A stretch of 63,802 nucleotides of DNA, the filler included, from Rhabdomonas costata (taxonomy: Eukaryota), in NCBI GenBank assembly GCA_019059605.1. It is 23 parts of 23 records of this genome, joined end to end, with 100 filler letters (N's around TTAATTAATTAA, not from the genome) between each part and the next. Parts side by side here need not be neighbours in the genome. Positions count along the whole stretch, not along the records: positions 25,026 to 27,701 come from JAHMHO010002377.1; positions 27,802 to 30,477 come from JAHMHO010002378.1; positions 30,578 to 33,255 come from JAHMHO010002379.1; positions 33,356 to 36,032 come from JAHMHO010002380.1; 19 more parts are not named here. One strand, written 5' to 3'. The notes under the pieces were generated by a model, which was not told where the DNA came from, did no database searches, and saw nothing but the letters and a program-made list of their open reading frames with translations. A program made the translations under genes and the position numbers. The stretch's first letter is position 1. Each line of letters begins with the position of its first letter. Positions 25,046 through 36,009 of this stretch are shown piece after piece.

Positions 25046-26208
25046 CTTTAAGGTGATTGGAATGCTGCCGTGCTCCAGAGCCTCGTAGTGGCGCATTGTC
25101 TCCGGGTTGTTGCCGAACGGGCATAGCGTGAACCGGCTGCGCTCAAGGTAGGTGAAGCGGTACACCACTGGGTGCTTGGTGCGGCTGTCCTCCCAGCTGT
25201 TCACAAAGACCTCGCAGGGCACCTGCCGTGCCGCCAGGTGATCGAGCAGGGCCCGACGGTGAGACCGCAGCGAGCCAATGAAACTGCACAGTAGCGGCCG
25301 CTGAGAAGCCAGAGGTAGGGTGTTGGGCAGAAACCCGGCACAGCCCAGCCTGTGCAGCCCAGCCCTCATACAGCCGAGAAGAGTACAAAGAGCACGGCGA
25401 GGAAGTAACTCCATGAGAGAATAGCCCACCACGTGGAAGGGCAACTATAGCAGGCGATAAATCGAGCTAAGGGATGGTTTCAACGTTATACCCCAACTCG
25501 AAACTTTTTCTTTAAATTGATTAACTGGCATTTACAGCTAACTTGAAGTGAGAATTGCAGCTCGAGGGAGACGATAACTTTCTGGTTTTTGTTCTTGATC
25601 TTTTTTCACATATTTTTCTGATGCAAAGATCAAGAAGGAGCACGAATGCTCATCGATATCGCGCGAAACACATCATTACAGAATAGGTGTGAGTAACATA
25701 TCCTCCAAAAACATAAAAAAATAGGCTGACAGATATGAAGACTTCCTGCGTCTGTCCTGCACAACTTCACAACGAAACGGATCTCACATTTCCGCAGACA
25801 AGGCAATAAACAGCGCAGTCACAAGTACCCCGACTTAATTCCGTTGGGCAACCAATGTAGGTTGGGGTACTGGCGAAGCATTGCCTGGCTGAAGTAGTTC
25901 CTGAATACGTAGTCCGCCAACGGCACAAACGTTCTGCGAGCAAGGGGATCAAGGGCGGCGAGTGTCTCCGAACCACACTGCCTTTCAGTAAGCTTTTTAT
26001 GATGCTATCTGAGCTTTTGCCACCACCCTGAACCAAGCTAGCACTTAGTCAGATCCCCAAGGAGGCATACACAGTGGGAGACTCAAAAATAAGTAGCCGA
26101 GGGAAAGATTGCGAAAAACCTCTCGTGCTCGTACTTCTCGTCGCCCATCCAGTACACCCCGATGTTCGTCACCCCGGCGGCCCGAGCAGCCGTCAAATAC
26201 ATCGTCCG
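25046..26208 (-). CDS. Exostosin/GT47 (RXYLT1/TMEM5-like) glycosyltransferase; exons 26120-26208, 25829-25933, 25046-25349
   Basis: Phase-consistent GT-AG joins: GVYWMGDE..DYVFRNYF..LHWLPNGIKSG..RPLLCSFIGS..SRFTLCPFGNNPETMRHYEALEHGSIP. More candidate exons lie upstream, near 26710-26780 and 27180-27255. Confidence 0.85.
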
Positions 26209-28537
26209 CTTCAAGAACAGGCATACGATCTGAAAGTCAAGACAAGACACTCTCTCCATACACCAAAAATGAAATCCGAAAGAATGTTGCTCGAATGCCT
26301 TCCCCGCTGTTCCTACGCTTGCGGGCAAATCTGGTGCAACAAATCTGGTGCAACAAAATCGGCATTTTGCGCTCACCGATGCACAGCAACCTAAGAAAAA
26401 CCGACGCGACATACTCTTTCTAAGCCTAACTCTAATTAAGATATTCAAGTAACACCGCATAAAACGTGCCCAATGGAGTTTGAATTAACCAGCAGCGCGA
26501 GTAGGTTCAGTGAAGACCTTTCCATCCCCCATAACACTGTACACACTCTTCATTGCTACGCCAACGTCGTCCTTTTTATACGATAACTGATAACCGAACA
26601 ATGAAACAAGGGAAGCTCGGGCTCAAGTTGGGGTTCTTGGCATGGGGTGGGAAGTGGAGGGAGGGTGCTTTCATTCCAGGGAATCGTTCAGAAAGAACGT
26701 ATGCTTATCTTTTTCCGCCACCACATGCGTGACCACAGGCCGCTGCAGTCGAGAGAGCACAGTGTCTCGGATCCACAAGGCCTGAAAACATCCCCAAACA
26801 AACCAAAAACCGCAAGGCTCTAAGCCAATTCACCCGACCAATCGTGTGTTATGCTATTCCACAGCTATTCCAAGCACATATGTGATTTCTTCTGTGCAAA
26901 GTCGACATGAACTCGCGCATCCTCACAGAAAGTTCTTGCTAGGGTATTGGACAGTCATACATCAGTTCAAGTTACGTTTCAGACAGCATCACATGTGAAT
27001 TAATGAGGAAAATAATCCTCGTACACCAAACCCAAAAAAAATTCCGAGAGAGAGTTTTCTTCAGCGCGCATTAGTTGAAAACAACTCCCAGCAGCCTCCA
27101 CTTGTCACTCATAAATTCCCACGCAAACACAGTTGCTCGCTCGCTGACAATATGAGAGGCGAGAGAGGGGAGTTCCTACCTCCGAAATCTGGCCCCCGTA
27201 CTGGAAGGGCACCGGATTGGTCAGGAAGACCAAGTGTAAGGGCCGCGTGTCCTGCTGGACAAACGTGGGGGCTGCAGAGCACCTTTCAGAGGAATCCCGG
27301 GGGGATGGCCCTCCAGAAGGAGAAGGAGGTTGGGGCACAACCCTGCGGCGAAAACACGGTGCTCCAACAAAAAGGCGAAGGGCACACCAAAGAGTCTGCT
27401 TGGTCACTGATTCCTTTGAGAATTCCGCAAAAGGTTCATTTCAGGTTTGGTCAACGTTTCGCTTCGAATTTGGTATTATCTGGGGGATTCCCTCCACTGT
27501 CTGCTGCATCGGAGTGCACTGTCGAAGCACGCGGTGGCTTTCTGTGAGGTAGAACAAACGAAGACTTGACAACGGTGCATCACTGAATGAATTGTATGTT
27601 GCATGCTGCCCCAAAATGAAACATTGAACTAAAATCCCTCCCTCGGACTGACCTAGGCTTCAACATCACGTGCGGGAATAGCACATGCACACCCACCCAC
27701 CNNNNNNNNNNNNNNNNNNNNNNNNNNNNNNNNNNNNNNNNNNNNTTAATTAATTAANNNNNNNNNNNNNNNNNNNNNNNNNNNNNNNNNNNNNNNNNNN
27801 NTTGTTTGTGTTTCACCAAAATCTCCACCGAAACCATGCGTTGTGCACGATGTGTGTGTGTGTGTGCATGTTCGAGGCTGTGGAACACGCTGGACCATAA
27901 AATAAAAACATCCCTCTAGTCAACTTTGTGAAAGGTATTCTAGCCATCCACGCAAATCAGGTTCTTGCTCTACTTACTTTCTTTCTGTTCTTTCTACTTA
28001 GTGTTTGTATTGGGTTCACCGAGGCTTACACATGCACTGTGCGTTATTTCAACAGACGCTAGTGCATTTCTGGCCCTCCCCTCCCCGCTCGCATTTATGA
28101 CAGTAGGGTAGTAGGTGGGCTCGCCCTATTTGGGCTGTGAACTAGCGCTTTTGTGGGCACCCCCCCTCAGAGGGGTTAAGGGGTTATGTGGCGATGCACT
28201 CGTCCCCTGAGATTCTAAATGAGGCTTTTGCAGGGAGTTTGGATGCGAGGCATTGATTTGTAATAGAGGAATTTGCAGGGATAGGTTGCACGTACACGTG
28301 CGAGTTACAGCGGGGGGGAAGGATGGCATAAACGCACTTATCCTTTCAACACCACTGCAGATATGCAACGTTGTAGTGTGCCTTCCTTCCTGCCATACCC
28401 CGGACACTAGTCACATGTGTGTGAGCTGGTATTTTGTCTCTGTCTTGGCAACTCTCCCGGCCACACACACGTACACCGAATCTTTAATGCAACGAGGCAA
28501 GTCATCTAAATTTTGTACGGTGCCCTTTTCCCGGCAG

Positions 28538-30457
28538 ACTGTCTGCGTTCTTCACGACCTACTACAAGGCCCCTGAGATGCGGCTGGTGCTTCTGGGCAG
28601 CCAGTCTCTGGACGTACTCCAGGGCTATGCAGAGACCTACTTCACCGCAGTCCCGAACGGAAGCACGTCCACCACTGCCGACACCTATTCTACCGAAACC
28701 CAAGCAAAGGCGGTTCCGGTGGGGTCATGGGACGTGCCCTTCCCCCCCAACCTGACCGGGCGGTGGTGTGTTTTCTATGTGTGCGTATGTCCGTCATGGT
28801 TGGGGTTTTCGCCGCTCCTGAGGTTTTCTTCGTACGGAAAAAGGCCGTCAGATGTGCGCGTGCTGATCTGTTTTCCGCTTATCCGGAACTCGGTTTCTTG
28901 AGGGACTGCCGATCTAGTTCCTCTAAGTGTGAGGAAGGGTTGGCATCTTTTTGGAACGCAATTGGGGGGAAAACGATATGTCCCCTTATTATTCCAGCAT
29001 CATGACGTCTGTTACCAAAAAAATGATAAGGGGCTCTCAAGTACTTGGAGAAGGGCTTTGACTTTCTGGGAGGGGTGAGGGGCAATCTTGGCTGGATCGA
29101 GTTTTCTTCCGTGAGAGGTTCCCATTGTCAGACCGGTTGCTTATCTTTAATTGCGGTCATTTTTTTTTACACAGGACACGGCACTGCGGCACAGGCACAG
29201 GAGTTTTGCAACAGTTGGGGTTCGGCAGTAATCAAGCAGTTTACAAACAAGACGCGAGATTTGGGTTGTGTGGTCTTTTTGGAAATTGTTGCAATATTTG
29301 TGAATTATGGGCGAATGAACCTTTTTAGCTGGTTCCAATCTTGCAATACGATACCCTCTTCACAGAAACTGCAATTGCAAGTGGGGTTTCCCGCGTCTTC
29401 CCGGAACCGGAGGGGGGGTGGGGCTCCATTTCTTGTGCCAAAGGAGACGGTTGTTTTTTTGAATGTCAGGAGAAAGGACTTTTGTGTGCGTTGTGGTGAG
29501 AGTACGGTTCGAGATCATGCGATTGATCCCGACCTGCAGTTTTTCACCCTTTTTTTTTTGGCTTTTTCAGGATCACGGTACAGTCGGTCACTGATATGCG
29601 CCAGGTGACTTTCCGATTCCCGATGAAGCCTCTAGAGACTCGCTACAGGTCCTGGGCGGTTGTCTTCTCCTGGCCTCCTGGCCTCCCCTCCCTACTCCAT
29701 CATTGGGGCTGTTTAGCGGATTAAGGATATTTTTGGGGTGGCCTTTCACATTGAGTTGCTACTGGGACGGCACCGATGTAGTACCACTGGCCAACACCTT
29801 GGAAGCTAGTCCATGGGACGTTTCTTTGACATCACGTGCCGATTGCTTTGGCCTTTGAGCCATCAAACTGTTGACAGCTTGAAGCGTTTTTGCAGCAGAG
29901 AACGGTCGAAAGTGTCCGTTTTTGACGGTGGTTTTTTCGGCGCCATTGCCTTTATGCGGCCCCCTCGGGCCCACCCAATTTGAGCTGTAATGTAGTGCTT
30001 TCTGGGCTCCTTGCTTAAATGCAGGGGGTTAGGTAGCGTCCTCTTGGGATTGGGAATGCAGCAGGTGGTTAGGTGGTACAGTTGTTTATGCTTTGCCATT
30101 GCCCTCCGGTCTAATACTTGGACTCGACAGAAAATTTAAGATGAGCGAAAAGTGGAGCACTCCAGTGGACCTCGGGCATCCTCTCTCGGGGACCCAACTG
30201 TCCCTCCTTCCGTCTCCTAGCATAGTGCGATGCCTTCTTCCCTGACCTTGAGTTTCCAACATCAATTGCTGGATGTTGTGTTACCTGTCATGTGCGTCCC
30301 GAGCAGATAGGTGTCCACGTAATCAACGACATGCTTTCGTGTGTTTCACAGGGCGCAGGTTGGGCAGCTTCTGTCCTTCCTCATGAAGACAAAGTATCCC
30401 AATGGCGTGTACAGTGTGCTGAAAGCCCGTGGCCTGATTTCGAGCATCAGCGTTTCG
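28538..30457 (+). CDS. Peptidase M16A (insulin-degrading enzyme/pitrilysin-like); exons 28538-28765, 29571-29648, 30352-30457
   Basis: FFTTYYKAPEMRLVLLGSQSLDVL..YFTAVPN..PFP..|WITVQSVTDMRQVTFRFPM..YR|AQVGQLLSFLM..GVYSVLKARGLISSI is colinear with IDE domain 2. Both joins are phase 2 and in frame. Confidence 0.85.
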
Positions 30458-31187
30458 GCATGTTTCCGTCTTTGCGTNNNNNNNNNNNNNNNNNNNNNNN
30501 NNNNNNNNNNNNNNNNNNNNNTTAATTAATTAANNNNNNNNNNNNNNNNNNNNNNNNNNNNNNNNNNNNNNNNNNNNGGTTGTGGGGTGCATGGATCCGG
30601 GAGCAGAACGGTTTCCTCGGGAACGGGCCCTGGGCAGGCCAGGTCCTCCCACTGCAGAAGGTACACCACGCACAGCAACACACTGGACAAGACCACCCCA
30701 GCAAAGACGCGGGAATCCACCATAACAGGACGGCAGACAAAAAAAAGCTAGAAACAAAACCAAGCTTGGGCTGAAACAACAAGGGACACCAAGGGGCATG
30801 CAGTGCAAGACCACACATACTTGAGGGCCTAGGTTTTCCCCGGGGATATATGGTATATCGGGGAAACACCTGAAAGAACACATAATTCGCTTATGGTTAT
30901 ACCAGCACGCCGGACTGAAACCATCTTGAGATGAATCATGTAAATTAAAAATGATGTCCAGCGTGGTTCTTCCAATGCGAAAAGAAGTGAGTGAGATGTA
31001 ACTCCAGATTCCTGAAACTCCACGTGACCATTGATTGCCGAACTGTCACCATCGGAAAGTCACAGAAATTACGCAGAAATGAAAGGCATGGAGACAACAA
31101 CCCAGCTTTGTGGCAAAAAATTGCACGCTCCAAGTTAGCCAAGGCAGCAGAAAACGAAGTCAGCACTCCTTTTGGCAGGGATGACTA

Positions 31188-31347
31188 GGTAGCTCTTGTC
31201 ATCGACGTGCAGGGGGCCGCGTTTGCAGTGCAGGAAGGGGTGCCTCAGAAAGCCCACCAGGGGCTCAATGGGGCTCACTACATGGGTCCCCGTGCAGTTG
31301 TCCTGGTGCACGAACAGCGACAGCACCTCATCGGCCTGCGAAGGCAC
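31188..31347 (-). CDS. Exon of a hypothetical protein (IEPLVGFLRHP motif)
   Basis: Acceptor ttttacag|, then a GC-rich open frame DNCTGTHVVSPIEPLVGFLRHPFLHC. The 3' boundary is uncertain. Confidence 0.5.
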
Positions 31348-31533
31348 TGTAAAACAACAAAACAAATGAGGAAAAATCGCTACAGGCCCACCAGCTTGGG
31401 GGCCAGCCTGCAGTGCTTTGTCGAGATTTAAGCCGAAACGCCTCCCAAAGGCAGATTGAACCCGAAGCATTCAGGCAGTATGCACTCCTGAAAAGGTTGG
31501 ATACATTGCACGGAAGCTTCGCCAGGCTCAGGG

Positions 31534-31718
31534 CTCAGTGGAAACAAACAGGCGGTAACCGCAATGGAGGTGTGCTGGCTAGCGGTAGTTGAACTGACAC
31601 CAGGCAGCAAGCTCTGGAGCGTCCTTGCAGTGAGATGGCGATGGACCTGTTCACCGTGTTGAAGGCCTTTGACAGCTCTACCTGCAGCACCGACGCAAAG
31701 AACGGAACAAGGCAACCA
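31534..31718 (-). mobile_element. CRE/SLACS-like non-LTR RT fragment, upstream part (inverted)
   Basis: Minus strand reads VLQVELSKAFNTVNRS (the D..NAFN.V.R RT motif), then after a frameshift APELAAWCQFNY*PAHLHCG..LFVSTE, the segment that normally precedes GVQQGDP. Confidence 0.7.
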
Positions 31719-32160
31719 GCCATTCAACCCGTCGTGGACGTTCTGCCGAAGTGCTTCCAGCTGCTGTGGCAGGCTGTTTCCTCGACGACGGCTTACTGGT
31801 AGGGGAGGAATCGGAACTCCGGCGGGCTCTGCACTTTCTCACCTCCACTTTCGCTGACTTGGGGCTCAGGGTCGACGTTTCCAAGGGTCGGATCTGGTCT
31901 CCGAGGAGCTCCTGCTCCCCCGGATGCCAGGTACACACACCGTCTTGGGACGAGCAAAAAGTTATTCTTGGCATTCCCTTCGGCTCCCCAGCTGCGGAGA
32001 ATTAATTCCTACGTGAGGAGTTGCTCAAGCAGCGCAAATTGCTGGAACGCCTGCGGCGGTTCCCGGACCCTGAAATTGCCCTCATTTTGACTTGGGGATC
32101 AAAAGTTTACCCACCTGCTCCGCATCCTGTGGGGTCCCCAGGCGCTTGAATTCGCGGGTT
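31719..32160 (+). mobile_element. CRE/SLACS-like non-LTR RT fragment, downstream part (degenerate)
   Basis: AIQPVVDVL..LLWQ/FLDDGLLVG..LGLRVDVSK..VILGIPFGS..*FL..LLERLRRFPDPEIAL, covering the YxDD-equivalent and thumb motifs typical of the CRE clade, with a stop and frameshifts. Confidence 0.8.
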
Positions 32161-33747
32161 GGGCCACCAGAAATCAGGGGGAACAGGCAAAGGTTGGGAT
32201 AAGTTTAGGTAGGGAGAAATAAAAAGTGAAAAGTGTCTCATCTTTTTTGTTTCCCAGTCTAATTTTCCCCCCCAACGGCATGTATGCCACCAAACCGGAG
32301 CCTATCCACACTTTCTTTCTTTGGCAGTGCTGAGGCTGTTATGTTGCTTTTGTTTCCTGAGAGATGCCCTGTGCGGTGCGTGCGGTGACGGTTGTGGTTC
32401 TGTTGTTAGCCGTTTCAGGCATGTAGATTTCAGTTCTTTCAGTTCTTCCTGACCCTTAGTCAAAACACCCACCTACCCACACAAACACACATGCATTCCT
32501 CCCACCGACGGATATCTGCAGTTTTTCTCTTGGGGTTGGATTCAGCTGTGCCCTGTTTCGTCACGTTGGTCAACCGGGCCATTGTTAAATTGACACGGTC
32601 GTGAAGATTTGGTCTTTGACTGAACCGTTTTCTATGATTTCGACGAGGACGAGGTAGAAGGTTCTCCGATTTTGGTCGTTTAAAGCTGCTCTGGGCAGTT
32701 TAATTCACATTCTTGCCCGTCCCCGTGCCCCCCACCTCACATGAACCCAGCATTCTGAGGACAACTGTCAACGACACAATTATCATGTCAATGTCGTGAC
32801 ATTCATAGTGCCGCATGCACCGCGAAATGGCTGCAGGGCTGTTCTCCTTGACACTTGCTTTTAGTGGTCGTAGTGGCGGGATTCGACTGGGACGACATCA
32901 GCTTTAACGTTGACCGGTCCTTAGTACCGGATGGAAGCTCGTTTGACTTCGGTGTTCTCGTTACAAATGTCCCTTCACGAACGTTGGTGTGCAAGTTTCC
33001 GTGTCACTCCTTTCCTGCTGGTTTCTTGTTTCCGTCATGTCTTGTTGTGTCTCGTACTCACTTGCAGAGTTAACTCTATTTAACTCCACATAACTCCACA
33101 TAAAAATTAATCTCCAAGGGCGTTTTGGTTCAAAAATATCTGCTCGCTCGCTAATTTCATTGAACTCCATTTAAGCGCAAAACGCAAAACGGACATTTGC
33201 GCTTTTTTGTTTATAATTGTAAATGCGCAATTTCGGTGTGGGACCTTCCTTTCGANNNNNNNNNNNNNNNNNNNNNNNNNNNNNNNNNNNNNNNNNNNNT
33301 TAATTAATTAANNNNNNNNNNNNNNNNNNNNNNNNNNNNNNNNNNNNNNNNNNNNAAGACAACCAGCAGGAGCTGCTCGCACAAACGGGGCCGTGTGGGA
33401 AAGGACCCAGTTCGACGCGCGCACCGTTAAGGAATCACACATGCCAATGGAATTACCCCGGGATCCGTTAAAAAAAGTTCAGTGAGATATTGTTTGATGA
33501 AGCAAATTCGCCGCCACCCATCATCATCTCCGTGCCGTAGGGATATACCAGAAAGATGGTCAGATTGAACGAATAAAGCTAAGACACAGAGTGCACACTG
33601 TTCCAAGTATGAATGATGAATTGTCCAAGCCATTTGAAAGAGACAGAGAGTGATCAGGGAACTCAAAAGAATCGGATGAAACAGGTGCAATAGCCCAATG
33701 ACCCTCGGGGCAATGCAACCGCTCACAACAGACCAGATAGAAAAGCG

Positions 33748-36009
33748 TCAGCGAAGCAGCCGCTTCCACAGAAGACAGACCGAACCAATCCCTGCACTGC
33801 AAACAACTAAAGCGCTGAGCAGAAGCTTCCCCATCTGGTGGAGAATCACCGACCGAAACTGGTGGATGACATTTACGGGGGCAGAGCCAGAACCAGAGCC
33901 ACACGGCAGCAGGTCATCGTCCGCGATAAACGGCTGCTCAAAGCGGCACGGAATGGTGTTGGGGATCGCACGCTGATTCATGTCTGTGGCCAAGTGAGAC
34001 GTGCGCTGGGCACAAACACTCTGTGGAAGCACACGGAAACGGTGAGAACTGTTGCCGCAAGATAGTGCCCAGTTGAACTGCTTCCGGTGATTTGCCCAGT
34101 GCCGGGTGTTGAAGAGGTGCACGAGCTCTTGGACAAGGGTGGCGTTCTCAGCGGCAAGGTCATGCCGCTCTTCGGGGTCCTCCCACACGTTGAAAACCTT
34201 TGTGAAACAAACAAAGAAAGTAGTCAGCACAAAACCACAAAGGCACATCACAAATTCACTGCACAACAGAAGCAAAGACAAATCAAACGTAAAATTCAAA
34301 TCAAGGGAGGGTGTAAACATGAGAACACGCGTGAAGCAAGGGCAGGACGGATGCAAGAAGGCGAAGGGGATGAAGTCCGTTTTCTGTTGTTTGCAGCTGT
34401 GGAACCGATGACTTCACGGCACAAAGTTTGTGTTCCAGGTGCTTCTAAACGCATGGGACGATCCCGAGAGAAAAAGAGAAAAGAGAAAAGAGAACGGTAA
34501 CTAGAATGCGAGAAGGGTTAAAGGGGACAGGGCGAAACCGAATCTGGCAGAAAGAGAGAAAAAACAACACGTGAGAAGTTAAAGCCAGTGTGAAAAGGAC
34601 TTCGGACAGCAAATGGCGAGCACCTGAATCGGAATACGTTTTGGTTCAATCTCTTCGCTGGCAAGAACGTCACCTTTTGCAGGGTCTCCCAAAACGAGGC
34701 GGTTAAATGTCGAAAAGTCTGTGGAATTATCGGCATGTAGAAAGCGGCGCACACGTTCTCCGACACCGTGAATCACCTTGTACCAGCTAAATGACAGGTC
34801 CCGGGTTCCAAAGTACCAGTCAAGCCACCCTTTGAAGAGCTCTTCGAGCATTTGCAAAACAGAAGGATTGTCGTACATGTACCGCCCCGTGGGTTCAGTG
34901 TTCCATTCCCCACTGCCGAAGTGTCCGATCATCAGCTTGAACGGAGCCTTAATGTACGAAACAAAGTTGGTGTGGTCATCGAGCACCAAGACAGCGTCCA
35001 TACGAGGGGACGAGGTCCCAGGTCGGGCAAGCGGGCACCACTGGTTGTACCCAAACCCAAGAGGAGGTTCAGTGAAATCTTTCTTGCATGCTTCATGGGT
35101 CGAAGCCCCGTCCACCACTGCCAGCAGGGTGGGCATGACATCTGAGATGTGAAACAGCCCGTCATAGGTGACACCACCCTTGAACCACTGTTGCGAAAGG
35201 TCAGTGATGAACCCGACTGTCCGCACTCCACCTTCATAGCCCATATTCTTACCCCCCCTCAGGGGTGCGTTTAGGCCTCCCAGGTGAAGCATGCCACCAT
35301 TATCAGAGGTCACAAGAATAATGACATTATCTCCTAGATGCTGCTGCGCCATTAGGGTGACATTCTGAATTCCCTCGTCGGCTCCAACAACCAGACCGCA
35401 AAACACCCGTCGGGTGGGATTGGGAAGGTGCGCGCATTTCTCCATCCACTCGGGCTCAGCTTGAAGCGGGGTGTGACTCGCTGTGTACGCCAGGTATAAG
35501 AAAAGAGGAGAGCGAGGATCGTGTTCCTTTATCACCCGAACGGCTTCCCGGGTGAGGGATTTCGTGCTGTGGGAGTCGTCATGGAATGGTTCAAATGTCC
35601 CGTTGGACCAACTTCGGGCATAATCATAAAACGCAGAGGAAGGACCTTCCGGCCCCGAGACGCTCTTTGAGTAGTGACCAACCGCACTGTGAAGCAAGCC
35701 AACAAAACTGTCGAAACCCCACGACTTGCCGGCAGGGGTGTCCTTGAACCTCGTGGAACCTAAGTGCCACTTTCCAACCGCGTGAACAGCAAACCCACGA
35801 TGCTTCAGCTGCTTAGGCAGGGTATCGACGTCTGCAGGCAGCGAAAACGGTGCAGGGCCCATCAGGATCCCTCCTGAGCCAAATCCGCTCATGTGGGAAT
35901 ACCTGCCTGTCAGGAGAGCCATCCGAGAAGGCGTGCACAAAGTGTGGGCGTAATACCTGGAAAGACGAGTTCCCTGAGCCGACAGCGTGTCAAGGAAGGG
36001 TGTGGGAAT
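33748..36009 (-). CDS. Arylsulfatase B/J-like sulfatase with C-terminal hydrophobic anchor; exons 34624-36009 and 33748-34197
   Basis: Formylglycine motif CTPSR.ALLTGR, GKWHLG, H.PLQA, SDNGG, GGK...EGG.R, then ..IPIQ|VFNVWEDPEERHDLA. Ends LLLSALVVCSAGIGSVCLLWKRLLR-TGA. Confidence 0.95.
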
